Below are positions 45,150 through 59,177 of a stretch of 64,000 nt of DNA, piece by piece; the stretch's first letter is position 1; every line of letters starts with the position of its first letter. The notes under the pieces were generated by a model. The model did not search any database and had not been told where the DNA came from. It saw only the letters and a list, made by a program, of their open reading frames with translations. A program made the translations under genes and the position numbers. Source of the stretch: Pelomyxa schiedti (taxonomy: Eukaryota; Protista; Evosea); the NCBI GenBank assembly GCA_020536535.1, contig JAHLWZ010000863.1, positions 4,430 to 68,429 on the forward strand, written 5' to 3'.

Positions 45150-48100
45150 TCAATATTTGAAAGCTGGCCTCGGCAAGTCACGCAACTCCAGATTCATGGT
45201 CTCTTCCTCCCGTAACTTCTTCTTTTGTTGCTTACTTCGTCTCCACGCCACTCCCAGGCCACAAAGTACACAAGCCGCCGCCCCACATATTCCGCAAATA
45301 AAAGCGAGAACAATAATAGCCCATGGGGGTGCATCGGCCTCTGCACAATTGAGTGGGAAAAAGAATCCAAAAACTGAGTTTACCTTGCACTGAATTGCTG
45401 CCAGCCAGAGACTGTATAGAAGTGGATGTTGGAAGAGACTCTGTCTCACTCGTTGAACTTGAAGATTGGCTCTCTGCAAGTAGTTAGGCAATGGGATTTG
45501 AAAAAAGCTTCACTCACCAGATGTTGAGCGGCACCTATCTGTTTCAGCGCAAATAGACAGGTCTGTACACCACGTGCATCCGGGAAATGTAGAGCATTCA
45601 CTCTCATCTTGCTCTGAACATGACTGACATTCAGAGCCAACCATCGAAATGCACCGCAAAGTACTGGAACATTGCATGCACCCTTTGTCTGTACAATCAC
45701 TCTCTGGCTCTATGCCACCAATATCGCAAGTGACACATTCCGACATTTCCCCCCCGTCTGAGGTTATAAAGCTTGTGCAACCATAACCAGCTTCTATTGT
45801 GCAGTTACTGGTACAGCCGTCCTTGTCCCTCGTATTCCCATCGTCACATTGCTCTCCAATACTGTTTCCATCTCCACAAATCGCTGCGAAATGTTCAGAA
45901 TTCTGAATTTAACGAACTGCATACTCGTGATTTGAATCGCATTTCCAATTCCGGTGATCTTGTCACTCTGGTAGTACAGAGTGGAAGGGGTGTTTTCATC
46001 GACTTCCACAGTAAGTTGGCCATTATAGCTTGCACGGCCTAGTGCAGTAGCCCCAGTTCCTCCAGAAGTTGAATTTGTGATAATTAAGCTGTAGGGAAGG
46101 AGATGTGATTCAAAAGAGTCTAAATTACAGAGGACCATACTTTCCATAAAGGACTGGATATATCCCGAGGGAAAAAACGTATACGTTGCCTCGTATAATT
46201 ACGATGGGAGGCTGTGGAATTCCTCCAATACAGAATACTCCAAAGCACAGTGTCATTGGTACCAAGGGTGTAGTGACTAAAATGGAATTATCTAGAATTG
46301 ACGAGGAGGATGAAGATAGGGAGGAATGAGAGGAAGGAATTTCTACAGATGGTGAAGTTGATGTTGGGGAAGATGACACTGAAGAATCAGAGCCAGAGGA
46401 GAGGGGAGATGTCCTCTCTGAAGAACTCTCTGAATTGATTGATGTGACAACAGTTGAGGAAGAGGAGGAAGGTTGGCTCACTGTGGTTGATATATCTGAC
46501 TGAGAGATAGGATGAAAGTCTGATGAGAGTAGAATTTCAGAAGACTCACTCGCGGAGTTACTGAGTAGAAGAGAAATTGAGCCACTGTAGCTTGAACCGC
46601 TGCTTGAAGTCGATAGGGACATGCTGGAAGAGAGGGAACTCGATGAATAAGACTGAGTTTCATTTAAATAGCAGGAGAAGTCAGAATTGCTCCGGCACTC
46701 CATTGTAAGAAGGCAATAGCGGCATAATCGTTCGGGATTGCTACAAGCCTGTTCATCAGCATCCCAAAGAGAACAACTGCAAGACTCTCCTGGTTCACTG
46801 CAAGTTTGGTTCGCATCGCACCATGCACAACCTGGTGAAGTGCTGCAATAGTATGGGGATACTAAGCTACTGCACAATGCGCATTCTGTGGGAGAACTTA
46901 TAGAACTGCAAAGTTGTTGAGACTGACACCAAGAGCATCCCAGTGAGAGGCATTCCTGCTTATTATGTGAGTTGCCACACTGGATGCAGGAATACATCGT
47001 TGAATTTTTACATTCTTGCTCACTATCACACCATATACAGCCTCCGAGATCGGCACACCCTGTCTTGGATTTACCGTGACAGGATGGACAATCTTCCTCA
47101 TCACTTTCCGCCAAACACGAGAAATTTGAACCGCACCATACGCAACCAAGTAAACTCGCGCATTCTTCTGGCCTTAGGTCATGATCAACACAAGTATCGC
47201 AAGCATCAGCTCGGAGTCTGCATTTGGCCTCATCTTGACATAGCTTGCATCCAGTGTAGTTTCCGCACAGGTCAACAGAGAGGGCTGTACAAGCAGGACA
47301 TGTAACTTCACTGACTGAATCAGTTGAAAGGCATTCCCCGCGGGAATTACACCACATACACTCCGGTGATAGAGTGCATGAAGTGGAATTGAAAGAGGCA
47401 CATTCAGGACATTCGTTGTCCTCAAGAGGATTGCATGTCCCGGTAGTCTCACAGAAACTGCATCCTCCAAGAGATGCACATAAACTTCCTGACACCGTCC
47501 TGCAAGGCATACAGGTAGATATGTCCTCACCTCTCATACATGTGAGACTGGAATTACACCAACTGCATCCTCCAAGTAACAAACAGGAATCATTCGAGCT
47601 CGTCAAACAGGAAGAACAGTTCTCGGTACTCTCTTTGCAAAATTGCTCAGCAGAACACCAGAAGCAGTTTGTTACAGAATGACATGTATCATTAGTCTCC
47701 AGATTGCAAAGTCTGCAGTTGTCCTGCTTGGCTTTGCATACATCTTCATTTGCACACCACCTGCAACCAGAATTTTGAAGGGATGCACAATCCCATTGAC
47801 TTATACTTGTGCTACACTCATGGCAAGTAACACTTTTCTCATTGCATAATTCAGTGCTGTTACAAAAGTAGCATCCCAAGAAGGAATCAACGCCACATAG
47901 GGTTTTGTTTGCCATAGAGCAACTATAGCAGAAGTCGACCTCATTTTTTGACTTGCAAGAATCGCTACTGGAACACCAGAAACATCCAGGGAGAGATTGA
48001 CAGGTATCGTCATCAAAGGAGCTGCAGTCATAGCACATACTTGTATTGCTGGTCTGGTTTCCATCCATACAAAGCAATGTACTATCACACCAGTTACATC

Positions 48101-51100
48101 CAGGCAACTCAGATGTTTGACAGGTGTCGAAACTCTTTTGGTGGTTGCAATTACTGCACACAAAGTCGTTTTTGTCCTTACAGGACAGGGAAGCGCTGCA
48201 AACGCTGCATCCACTATATAGCCCGGCTCCGCACTGTGATAACAATAGCTCCGAACATGCCTTACATTCTCGGCCTTCTTCTTTGCAGAGGGCTTCCGAA
48301 CCGCACCAAGAGCATCCATGAAGTAATTTGCAGTCACCGGTTGTTAAGGCAGTACTGCATGCAGAGCATGTAGAATTCTTTGAAGCGCAGAGAGCAGACG
48401 TGTTACAATAGGAACAACCTGGAAGGCCGTTGCATTCTTTTGATCCAGCGTGTGTATAAAGTGAGCAGTTGCAGGTAAAGCTTGCATTATTCGTTTTACA
48501 GAAACCTAAGGAAAGTTAAGGTTCAAGATTGAAAGCTGGATTGGAAATAAACCGTCGTGATCACAAAATCTGCACCCAGAAAGGGAGCCACTGCCGCAGG
48601 AGGTTTCATTGCCGGCGGAACAGGAATCGCAAGGACCAGTAGCCATTATACACGTAAGTGATGCTTCGCACCACTTGCAGCCAGGATATGAACCACAACT
48701 TGCCGGGGCGGCACCACACCGAGGGCACGTTGCAATCTTGGAGCTATCTTCACATGTCATTGTGCTTCCGCACCACTCGCATCCATAAAACGACGTATCA
48801 ACACCGCAGGCACTCTCTGCAGCACCCGAGCACCCCACGCACATTTCAGATGTAGAAATACACAAGCGGGATGAGTTGCACCATTTGCACCCTACATAAT
48901 TGTCATGTCCGCAACTCTCCTTGCCGGCTGCGGAGCAAGTCCCACAGGTTGGTTCCTCCCTCTCAAGGCACTTCTCTAATGATAAAAAGTAAATAGGAGA
49001 CCAAGAACCATTTGAAAAAGTAAAAAAGAAAACCTGAAGTTGGGCACCATTGGCAACCAGGGAGGGTTGAGCACATAGAACTGGTGTTGTATACCACACA
49101 CTGAGTGCATAGTCCCTCTGGAGTAGCCTTGCAAACCTGTTCACCTGTATTTATCAGAAGGAAAAGTGAGCAAAATTTTCGGTCTTCGTTTGATTTTTTT
49201 ATCGGAATGCAAGTAATTAAGGTAATTACCCGGACACCAGTGACACCCAACGAAATCTGGAGATGTGCCACAAGTACTATTATTTGCGGAGGAGCAATTG
49301 GGGCACGTGTAGCCGAATCCAAGATCTTTGCACTGAGCGTCTGTGCGGCACAAGTCGCACCCAGTAAATGGAGATCCCGTAGACCCGCATTCCGACGTGG
49401 ATACATCGGCACATATTTCGCAGTCGCTGCCGATTACCTTGCACTGTGATTCCGATGTGCACCACTCGCATCCTTTGTATGTGCCAATTCCGCACTGGTC
49501 AATCGACGCAGTTGCTGGATCTACGCACGCCGTTCCGGTGTCTTTGCACAGTAACTCTGATTGGCACCAGTCACAGCCTGGTTTGCTCACACATGAATCG
49601 TGTGTGGTGGAGAAGAAGGAGCAGTTGTGGCAGTAAGCCTTCTTTGTATCTAAGCTCTGACAGAGAAGTTCTGATTGACACCAAGCACATCCCGCATTTG
49701 TATCTTTCTGCCCGCACCCCGACCGGGATGTTTCTGTGCATTCTGGGCAGACAAAACCTTCTTCTGGTTTACAGCTTTGTTGAGATTCGCAGAATGAGCA
49801 CCCAGAAAACCCTTCCTTTCCACATTGGGCAAGTCCTGCATAAGTGCACAGAGCACATGAATAGGTTTTATCATTCTCCTTGCATTCTTGGTCCGTGGAG
49901 CAGTACTGGCACCCAAGAAACTCACCCTTTCCACAAGAGCTAACGTCAATGTGAGAACATTTTGGACACTCGAAACTGGTAGAAACGCATTCTTCTATTG
50001 CTGTGCACCAACTACATCCAGGGTAGCTGGTGCCGCAATCAGTAAGTGAAAGAGATGCACAATCGGAGCAGGAAAAACTGGAATCTTCTAACTTGCACTT
50101 GCCCTCTGAATTGCAAAATTCGCACCCCACAGATAAGTCTGTTGTACCGCAATCTGACTCCGCTGCATCATCGCAGAGGGAGCAGCTTTCAGCGGCATAG
50201 GTAACACCCCCAATGGTATAGGGAATCAGTGCCAAGCATTTTCTCTCCGACTCGCACCAGTAGCAGCCGGCAACGTCATCGCAAGTGACGGAGTCAGCTG
50301 TATAGTCACTGCAATCACATATAAAATCTTCCTCTGCCATTTTACAGGAAAGATCAAGAGGACACCACTGGCAAGCAGAGAAAGAATCATAGCCACAGTT
50401 AGTGGAGTTTCCCACACTGCAGTTGTCGCACCTATAGCTGACTCCGTCAATGTTGCAGGAATTTGACGTGGAACACCACTTGCATCCAGGCAGAGTAGAG
50501 CACTGTTCTGGACTCGAGCCATGGCATGATTGACAAACATAAGAGTCGGGATATTTACACTTTTTTTCACTTGAGCAGAACTGGCACCTAGGAAGCGAGG
50601 AGCATAAATCTCCTGTAGAAATGGAAGTACAATCCGCACAGGAGAATAATTCGCCATCTGGTCTGCATACTTCTTCTGTGTCGCACCATGCGCAACCTGG
50701 ATTTAACGTGCACTCACTATGAGTTTTGCTGAGCGAGCATGGAGCACAAGAATATTCTTCGTCTACATCTTTACATAATTCAGCGCTGTCACACCACGAG
50801 CAACTTGTAAAGTCAAGTAAAACCTCGCATTCCGTGGCATTCTTGGCTGAGCTACAAGGGAGGCAAGACGATCCCACGGCCAGACAAGATGATGTTGAGG
50901 AACACCAGAAACACCCTCTAAATGGGGCGTTCCCACATTCATCTTTACTCAAAATTGAGCAAGTGTCGCATGCCGACCCAACGGGGATACATTCCACTGC
51001 AGATGGGCACCATTCACATCCCTTATAGTATTCATTGCCACAGGAGCTTGAAGGAGCCTCTACACAAGGGAGACAAACTGAGTCTGTCACATCACACTTT

Positions 51101-54100
51101 AGAGAACTGGTACACCACTGACATCCTGGATGCCCCCCTGCTGAGCTGCATGATAGCGAATTATTCACAGAATTACAGCCGGGGCACGAATCAGTTAGTT
51201 CAATGCATTGCAAATTTGAGTTACAGAACATGCAGCCAGAAAAACTGGAGCCTGGATTCCCACACAGGGAAGTATCACAAGATGACTGGCTACAGTTTTG
51301 GCACATAGATAGAGTATCCTGACACTTTTGAGAACTTCGGCACCAGCGGCACCCTGGATATTGTACACACTGAGTTTGTGTACTTACTTCACTGCATTCT
51401 GTGCATAGTGTAACTGAATCATGGCATTTCTGAGTGGACTGACATTTTTGGCACCCCATGAATCCGCCAAGTGAGCAGGTGGATGGATCCGCACTACTGC
51501 AATCCATACACGTGATAGAGGAGTTCCCGCATACCTTTTGGGATGCGCACCACAATGACGAGTTTGCTGAACATTGAGAGCAGTTTAAGTCGGCCAGGGG
51601 CATGCACTGAGAAGTCAATTGACAAAAACCGCAGCCCGAAAGCTGCATGCATTCATCATAATTTGAAGTTCCCGTGCAATTCCGGCAAGAAATATCCTTT
51701 TCTTTACATGACCCTTCAGAGGTACAAAAGTGGCAGCCTGGAAAAGCACTTCGTGTGCAATCTGTTCTACTTAAAGTCGAGCAATTATCGCATAAAGAAA
51801 AGGAAGAGACACAATTTCCCTATTACAATGTAAACAAAGAATACTGATTTATACGATGCTCACCACGGAAGGGCACCACATGCATCCAGAAAAGGGAGAT
51901 ACTCCACATGACGAAGAATTTGCGTATTTGCAATCACTGCAAGTAAAAGAATCACTCTCTTTGCACACTTCCTCAACTAATCGAAATGGTTGAATAAGTG
52001 AACTGAGAAGTAGAGTCATACCCGGACACCATTGACACCCTCCAGACTCTAGTGTCCTGCCACAAGCAGAAATGGAGGCTTCAGCGCAAGAGGAACATAG
52101 TGAGGAATTGCCTTTTAGGACACATTTCTTCTCGGCTTGACACCAGGAGCACCCAGAATATACACCAGAGCCACATTGATTTGCATATTTCATATCACTG
52201 CAGTTGGCGCAAGTGATGGATTCCAGCTTGCAAGTTCCTTCTGATTCGCATAATGAGCACCCAATCAAAGCTAAAGAAATTAATTTACAATTGCAACTTT
52301 GAGGGGAGCTATACATGAGCAGTTTGCCATATTGCATGGTGGACAGATTAATGTCTCCCGTTCACATTTCTATGAATTCTTGAGCACAAGCAGAATATTA
52401 TTGAGAATAACCTTCATTGAACTGCACCACTTGCAGCCAGGGAAGATGCAAGCACCTTCACTTAAGGAATTGCATTCAATACAAGAGGAAGAATTTTCAA
52501 TAGGTAGACACAATAGGGAGCTTGGACACCACTGACAACCACTCCATCCGGAACCTCCACAGGAGTCACCACTTCCAGAATCACACTTGTCACAGTAAAA
52601 CGAGGCAGAGTACTTGCACATGTTATCTGTGGCACAGAACTTACATCCAATAAACTTGTCTTTACCACAAGAACTCTGATTTGCAGTACCACATTGTGAG
52701 CAATTGCAGTCAAGAGAGTTACATTGCTCTTCCGCTTTTCAAATGGTCAGAGGAAAATAGAAACCAAAAAGAGGCTACCTGAACACCATTGACATCCCCG
52801 GAAGTCTCCCACTCCACATTGTGTAGAATTTGCTGTTTTGCAAGAAGAGCATTCAGAAGTCTTGGTAAAACATGCTAGAGAAGAGTGACACCACGAACAA
52901 CCTTCCCCGCAGCTTCTCTCTGATTCAAAGGACTCGCAGGCTGCACATGAATAATGAATATCATTCTGCAAGCACGCCATGCCAGATTGACAATACTTGC
53001 ACCCTGCAAGAGCATGGCATGCAGTTTCATTTGCATAAGAGCATGCAGGACATGAGTACATTTCTTCTTTGTCCAAGCACAACAAAAGTGATGGACACCA
53101 TGAACAACCAGAGTAGCTTTTGACTCCGCACTGCTCTGGGGACATAGATGGAGACGAATTGCAACTAAGACACTCAGAGCCTTTAGACTTGCACTTCTGC
53201 TCTGCATTACACCACGTACAGTTCTTGACAGAAGAACTATTGTCGCTATCAAGGCAAAAATTTTCTCCAATTTCATTGCATTGTTGGCATGTATAATTAA
53301 GACTTCTGCAGGCTGGTTCTGCCTCACAGTATTGACAGCCACTCCAAAGGGAACAAGAGGGTCGAGTTCCACTTTCCTCACACGTAGGGCAGAAAAGATT
53401 TGTATTTCCACAGAGCTGTGTTGTAGGGCACCACAAACAACCCAGGTGGGTTTTGCAAATCGACTCTATCAGGGGGTCACAGGCAACACACCCAGTTCCA
53501 TAAGATTGACATTTCTTCTCACTCGGACACCAAGTACAATTTGTGAAAGAGCTGGTATTACCGCAAAACTTGTCACTCGATTCTTCACATAAGGCGCAGG
53601 TGTGGGTGATTGACTTACACTTAGCTTCAGCGTTACAATAGTGACACCCTTTCCATGCACTGCAAGTATCTTTCCCCGCAGTTTCACAGGCTGGGCAAGT
53701 GTCACTTTTGGGTCCACAATGATCAGTAGAGGCACACCAAGCGCAACCGGGCAAAGATGAACACGTCTGATTGGTTTTCTTTGTCTCACAACTGGTACAA
53801 CTACCGTTAAAAGGCTTGCAAACTGATTCAGAATTGCACCAGGAGCAATTTAAGTACAAGGCAGTAAGGCCGCACGTGCTTTTATCCGCCTTACTGCATG
53901 CAGGGCATAAAGCAGAACTATTCTTGCATATTCCAGCTGCGTCACAGTACTTACATCCTGTCCAAGAATTGCATACACTGCGACCTTGTGCAGTATTGCA
54001 TAGAGGGCATGAATAGACTGTTTCTTCACAAGACCCTGTCGAGGTACACCACTGGCACCCTCCCCCGTCAGTGCAAGTACCCTTGCTTCCAAACGTACTG

Positions 54101-54956
54101 CAGGATGGGCAGGTTTCATTTGCTCCATAGCACCTGCCAGTAGAAGAGCATTTTGGGCAACCTTTTCCACTGCAGCTAGTGGATGACTCTTTGGAACCTG
54201 TATCGCACTTTGCGCACTGTGACCTTGGAGTGCCGGACCCTGTTGTCACGCTGACACAGCCATAGCCTTTCTCTATCTTGCACAAACTGCTGCAACCGTC
54301 TCCATTTCTTACGTTGTTGTCGTCACATTGTTCTCCAATGTTATTTCCATCCCCGCATTCGGCTGTTTGGTACGTAACTCGGTGTGTATCCAAACCATAT
54401 GTGAGAACACATACTTGTGAGATAAATGGGTCCTCCAAGATTCTGAAGTAGTGTGGACTGATAATAAACAGGTGATTGTATCCACGCTGGAGGAGTGAAT
54501 ATTGTTCGGCACTAAATTAATGGTGAGTTCCATTCTTTCTGCATTAAAATACCTGAGTCTCACAGGCATTATTGCTCACACCCTCTTCAGTGTTCAATGC
54601 ATAAGAGCCTACACCCCCAACTGAGTTGTTCGTAATCACCATCCTTGGTTTTTGTGAGAAGAATTCATACACAAAGGGACACACCTTCCATGAGGAGCAG
54701 GAATAGGTGTTACTGTGAACCAGTACTCTACGCCTCGAGTCAAATACAGAGGCTCCTGTTTCTTTCCGTCTAGGCACAAAACACCAGAGTTGAGCTGAAC
54801 GGCAAAATTGTGCTGGCCACCTGAAGGAACCAGCGGAACAACACCACGTGCAAATAAAATACAACATATTACAGGGAATATGAACCGCCTCGCTGCATGA
54901 CACACACTATTATGGATACTTCGGCTCCACGTGCACGTATGAGGTGTGTTGGGCAT
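45150..54956 (-). CDS. Very large Cys-rich type I surface protein (dozens of PSI/furin-like CxxC..GCxWC repeats, DUF4215-like repeat, Ser-rich stalk, TM, short tail)
   Basis: Long Cys-rich ORFs 52747-54438, 49141-51648 and 46125-48245 linked by short introns; CGDG..GEQCDD.N..NGDGCS; TM WAIIVLAFICGICGAAACVLCGLGVAW followed by RRSK..PAFKY*. Confidence 0.85.
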
Positions 54957-55192
54957 CGTGAGAGGGGTTCTTTGAAGGAAATCTTTTTTTGTTTGAAGTT
55001 AAGTTACCCCAATGAGCCTTTCTTCGACGAGCAGCCCTAAAGATACCCTTTCCCTGAATGCACCTTTGTTGTATCAAACAGATATCGGCCCAATCCATAC
55101 AGCCGAAGGAGAAAACCACGAAATCTTTTTCCAGACTCCTAAAGTCTGTCCGTGATCCACGGCTTCTTTTACTGCAACAACAAATCCGACTG

Positions 55193-56549
55193 ATGTTCGT
55201 TGGTTTACCTCTTCTTCTGTTGCTTCTGCTGGCCTCGACCTCCAATGGGGTATATATTCACCATTTCCTCTTCCCTCCTCTCTTCCTTTCACACATTACC
55301 CAACTAGCAAATGCATCATCCTGGACGAGCAGCGGCCTCTTCAGAGTCATCGTCCTGTGGAATCACTTGTCACGACGAACAACTTGGGCCTTGTAACGAC
55401 GGGCACTACGCTTGTCCTTCTGGTTTGACGTGTCACAACAACCCTCTGGGTTTAGCTTCTACTGGTAAGGATATAATGTTGAAACTCACTGACTTAGTTC
55501 TTATCGTCTTGTGTTTGTTCACAACAGGGCAATGTTTACCTAAGCCAGCGGCTGGTGATTCCTGCACTTCTGACAATCCTTGGTTGAGCGAGTGTAATAA
55601 TGCTGAGGAAGTGGCATTTGGATATGGAACCAGATGGCCTTCTTTGTGCATTGACCACGTGTGCGTGCAAGGAGTTCCTTTGGGTGCTGCGTGCCCTCCT
55701 GCGGCGCCTCTCACAACTTGTATATATGGAACCTGTGTAGATGGAGTCTGCGTCGGACTGGCTGAAGGGGAATCTTGCAGTGACTCCTCTAGCACGTGCG
55801 GTGAAGGCTTGTACTGCAGCCCTGAAGCGGGATACACGTGCATCAAGCTTAAGACTGAGGGTGAGCAGTGCGAAGCAGGGGGGTGCAGTTTGCCATGGGA
55901 TTGTTCTGCACAAACTGGAACTTGCGTTCGCTGGGGGTCTGGAGCTGTAGGGGAGTTCTGCTACTCTTCCTCTCCGCACTTTTGCCAGCCAGACTTATCC
56001 TGCAAACCGGCCCCATCTACCAAGGAATGTGATGAACCAACCATAGGGCGAGCAGTAGTGCAACAGTTCACCTGCCAAAAGAAAGATTACACACCAGAGG
56101 GCTTGGAATGTAAGACGGACCCGCAAGTATGCGGTGACATCAGCTGCATGTGTATCAATAAAACTGCAAAATGCGAGGATAGAGGCCCCAACTGCACTGC
56201 TGCAATGACGGCATGGCTGGATTGTGTTGCTGAAGCAATCACGGGTGAGGATGCTTGCGCTTTTTCTTCTGGCTTACCCGATCCCACTGGTATTTCCTGC
56301 TTTTTCCAATACTCAAGTGGATTGCTCCGCTAAACAACCCTCACAGGTTGCATTGCTGAAGCTTGCTATGACTCGGCAGTATGTATACACACTTGCATTG
56401 GAGTGAACACTGGATTCACAAATTGCCAGTGGATGGACACATGCACATTGACACCCTCATCCCCAGCCCCTCGCGATGGCCCAGTTGCACTCCTTCTCGT
56501 ACTGCTTACAACACTCGCCCTGTTGTACAATCTGGCACAACCACACTAA
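55193..56549 (+). CDS. Secreted Cys-rich protein with a hydrophobic C-terminus (GPI-anchor-like)
   Basis: Signal MFVGLPLLLLLLLASTSN; repeated G..C....C..GL.C modules; last exon ends PSSPAPRDGPVALLLVLLTTLALLYNLAQPH*. Confidence 0.75.
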
Positions 56550-56892
56550 AACAATAGAGAAAAATATAAAACCAAATCCGCCGTTTTGTAGCACACAATC
56601 CGACCCATCATCGAAAAACCAGCCCCGTTCCACTAACTTTTTTATCGCTCAAAGAGGAGACAACGAACTGTGGGGCCGGTTTCGGGATGATTTTTTACCT
56701 TACTTTCTATGATACCTCCATGCTTTCAACTTACTGTGTCTGAGAAGCTCCATTTTTTGAAGTCATCACTTTTTTCCGTTTGTTTCGGGTGACATCGAAA
56801 AGTCATCACCAAGCCCGCGAGTGAGCACCACGCGTATTCCACGAGAACCCACAATTTCGAACAGTTTGAGTGAGTTAAGATGATGACCTCGG

Positions 56893-59079
56893 ATGACGGT
56901 AGTTGTTGCCACAAGTGCACAACGAACTCTAACAATAACCTCCAAACAAAAACAAAAAACAAAAACCAAATCAGAGCACCCTATTGAACTAGACAATTCA
57001 ACTCCTAGTTCAAAAGATGGTGGTGCTGTTGAAGGGGAAGTAGTGGCTAGTGGGGCAGAGAGTGGTGGTGAGGCAACTGAGAAGTCTGCAGGTATTAAAG
57101 CCACACTGAAAAGCCTGTGGAGAGACAGGGTGATTAGGTTCTCTTGTTTGGCCTTGATTTGCTCCCTTACATTTGGTTCTTATTACTGCTATGACATTCC
57201 TGGTACTTTCTTGTTAAAGTGGAACTTTGGATTCTTTCTAAGAAACCTAAGGTGCTTTAACACAGCCCGTTCTCCAAGATTGGTTTGACATCACCCCTGT
57301 TCAGTATGAACTGTTTTACTCCCTCTATGGTAAGTATATTCTAGGGTTTTTTTTCTAAAAAAACCAAAGCCTGGCCCAATACTGTTCTTGCCTTTTGTGG
57401 AGGCTACCTAGTTGACCGAGTTTTTGGAATAAGGTAAACACAATGCTCAATGGGTTTACCCAATTCCTATAGGTTGGGGTCTTTTGTTTTTGCGGGTACT
57501 GTTCTTATTGGACAGCTTTTTTTTGCTTTGGGCACAGACTGGAGATGGTATTACCTGGCATGTGCTGGTCGATTCATTTATGGGTATTTATAGTACTCTT
57601 TCAACTGCAATTCTCATTCGCTTGATGATTGTATACAGTCTAGGTGGGGAGTGCATATCAGGTTACTTAGTCTTTTTCCCTTTGATGTAGCTGAAAAATG
57701 AAGTTTGCCAGAGCACATTTACTTCTTTGTGGTTTCGCGGCAGAGAGCTCTCTCTGGCGTTTGCTATTGCCCTTTCATTTGCTCGGCTGGTTCATCTCTA
57801 ACCAAATCTGATCATTATAACCCTAATTTAGGGCAGCGCAGTTAACTTCATGATAACTCCACGTCTGCAGAATGCCTTTGGAACAGACATTGCCACTTGG
57901 TTTGGTATCCCGAAAATGCCGAAAACTGGCATGCATTAATGCTCGAATCTAGGCTTTGTAGTGTGCTTTATTTCTATTGGTGGGAGTCTTCTTCTTTGGC
58001 TCGCAGATAAAAAAGCGTAATGCTTCGATATAGCTTTTCTATTTTATGGTTTTATAGGCAACAAACCGGGTTCCGTGCTTCTGTTGCAAGCAAGGAAGCC
58101 AAACCGAGCTTTCGTGATATACTTCAGTTCCCTGTCGCCTTATATGGACTTATTGCCATAGTTGTGGGGTATTATGTTTCAGTTTTCATATGGATTACGA
58201 TTGGAAGGTTCTTATACGAACCACGAATTCTTTCTCAATTTTCTTTAGTGCAGCTTATATGGACAAGTATGGAATGACTGATACGGAAGCTGGAGACTAC
58301 ATTGGGATCCCTTATTTAGTGTATGGATGCATTGATCAGTCCAACATTTAATACCATGAAGTTCGGCTTGTGCGGCACCCGTTTTAGGACTAGTGGTGGA
58401 TATAGTGGGATTCAATCTTTCATGGAGTATGTATGCTGCTTCATGCTCACTCCTAACTATTCAGCACTTAAGTTCTGGGAGCATGTATCCTCCAAGTTCT
58501 TACGCACTTGGTGATGGCACTGTCAACAGACAACTGCCCTCCTCTCGTTCCAATGTTGATGATGGGCTTTTCCTACTCAGCACTTGCTGCTTCATTATGG
58601 CCGTAATTTTCCCTAAAATGAAATCCTTTACGACCACCAATCCTTTAGGTGTGTTGCTCTCTTAGTTCCCAAGAGCTTGACGGCAACCGCATTTGGTCTT
58701 TCATACTCAATCCAAAATATTGGTCTTGCCATATTTCCACTTATTATAGGAGCTGTCCTTGAGGCCACCAATGACGATTACGCGTAATTTTACCCGCATT
58801 CAAAAACACACTAATATTTTACCCAGACTGACGTCATACATTTTCGCCATATGTGCCGGTGTAGCTGCCCTTTTCGCCATTGCTCTGATGATACACAACT
58901 TCTATACCAAGGGGCTGATAAACTCCAGCCGCAAGGTCATGCAATTGAGGTTAAAGAAAAGAGAAGAAGCACAAGCACCTCTTGTAGAAGAAAACAGCCT
59001 TTCTCTCCCCGATGTGCCTCATCCCCCAAGCAAATTTCAAATCAAGATGAAGGCCTTACGACTATGGTGCCACTGCTAA
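56893..59079 (+). CDS. MFSD1: MFSD1-like lysosomal MFS transporter, multi-exon
   Basis: LTFGSYYCYDIP, YSLYAWPNTVLAFCGGYLVDRVFGIR, GRFIY, LGGE, WFRGREL, ATAFGL..SIQNIGLA; multiple TM segments. Confidence 0.85.
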
Positions 59080-59177
59080 AATAGGATCAATTCTGTAGAA
59101 TCAAGTCATAAAAGAATAATCTATGCAAAATACACAATTGAAGCAAAAGAAAACCATCTATTAAATTCTGTTTGGTT

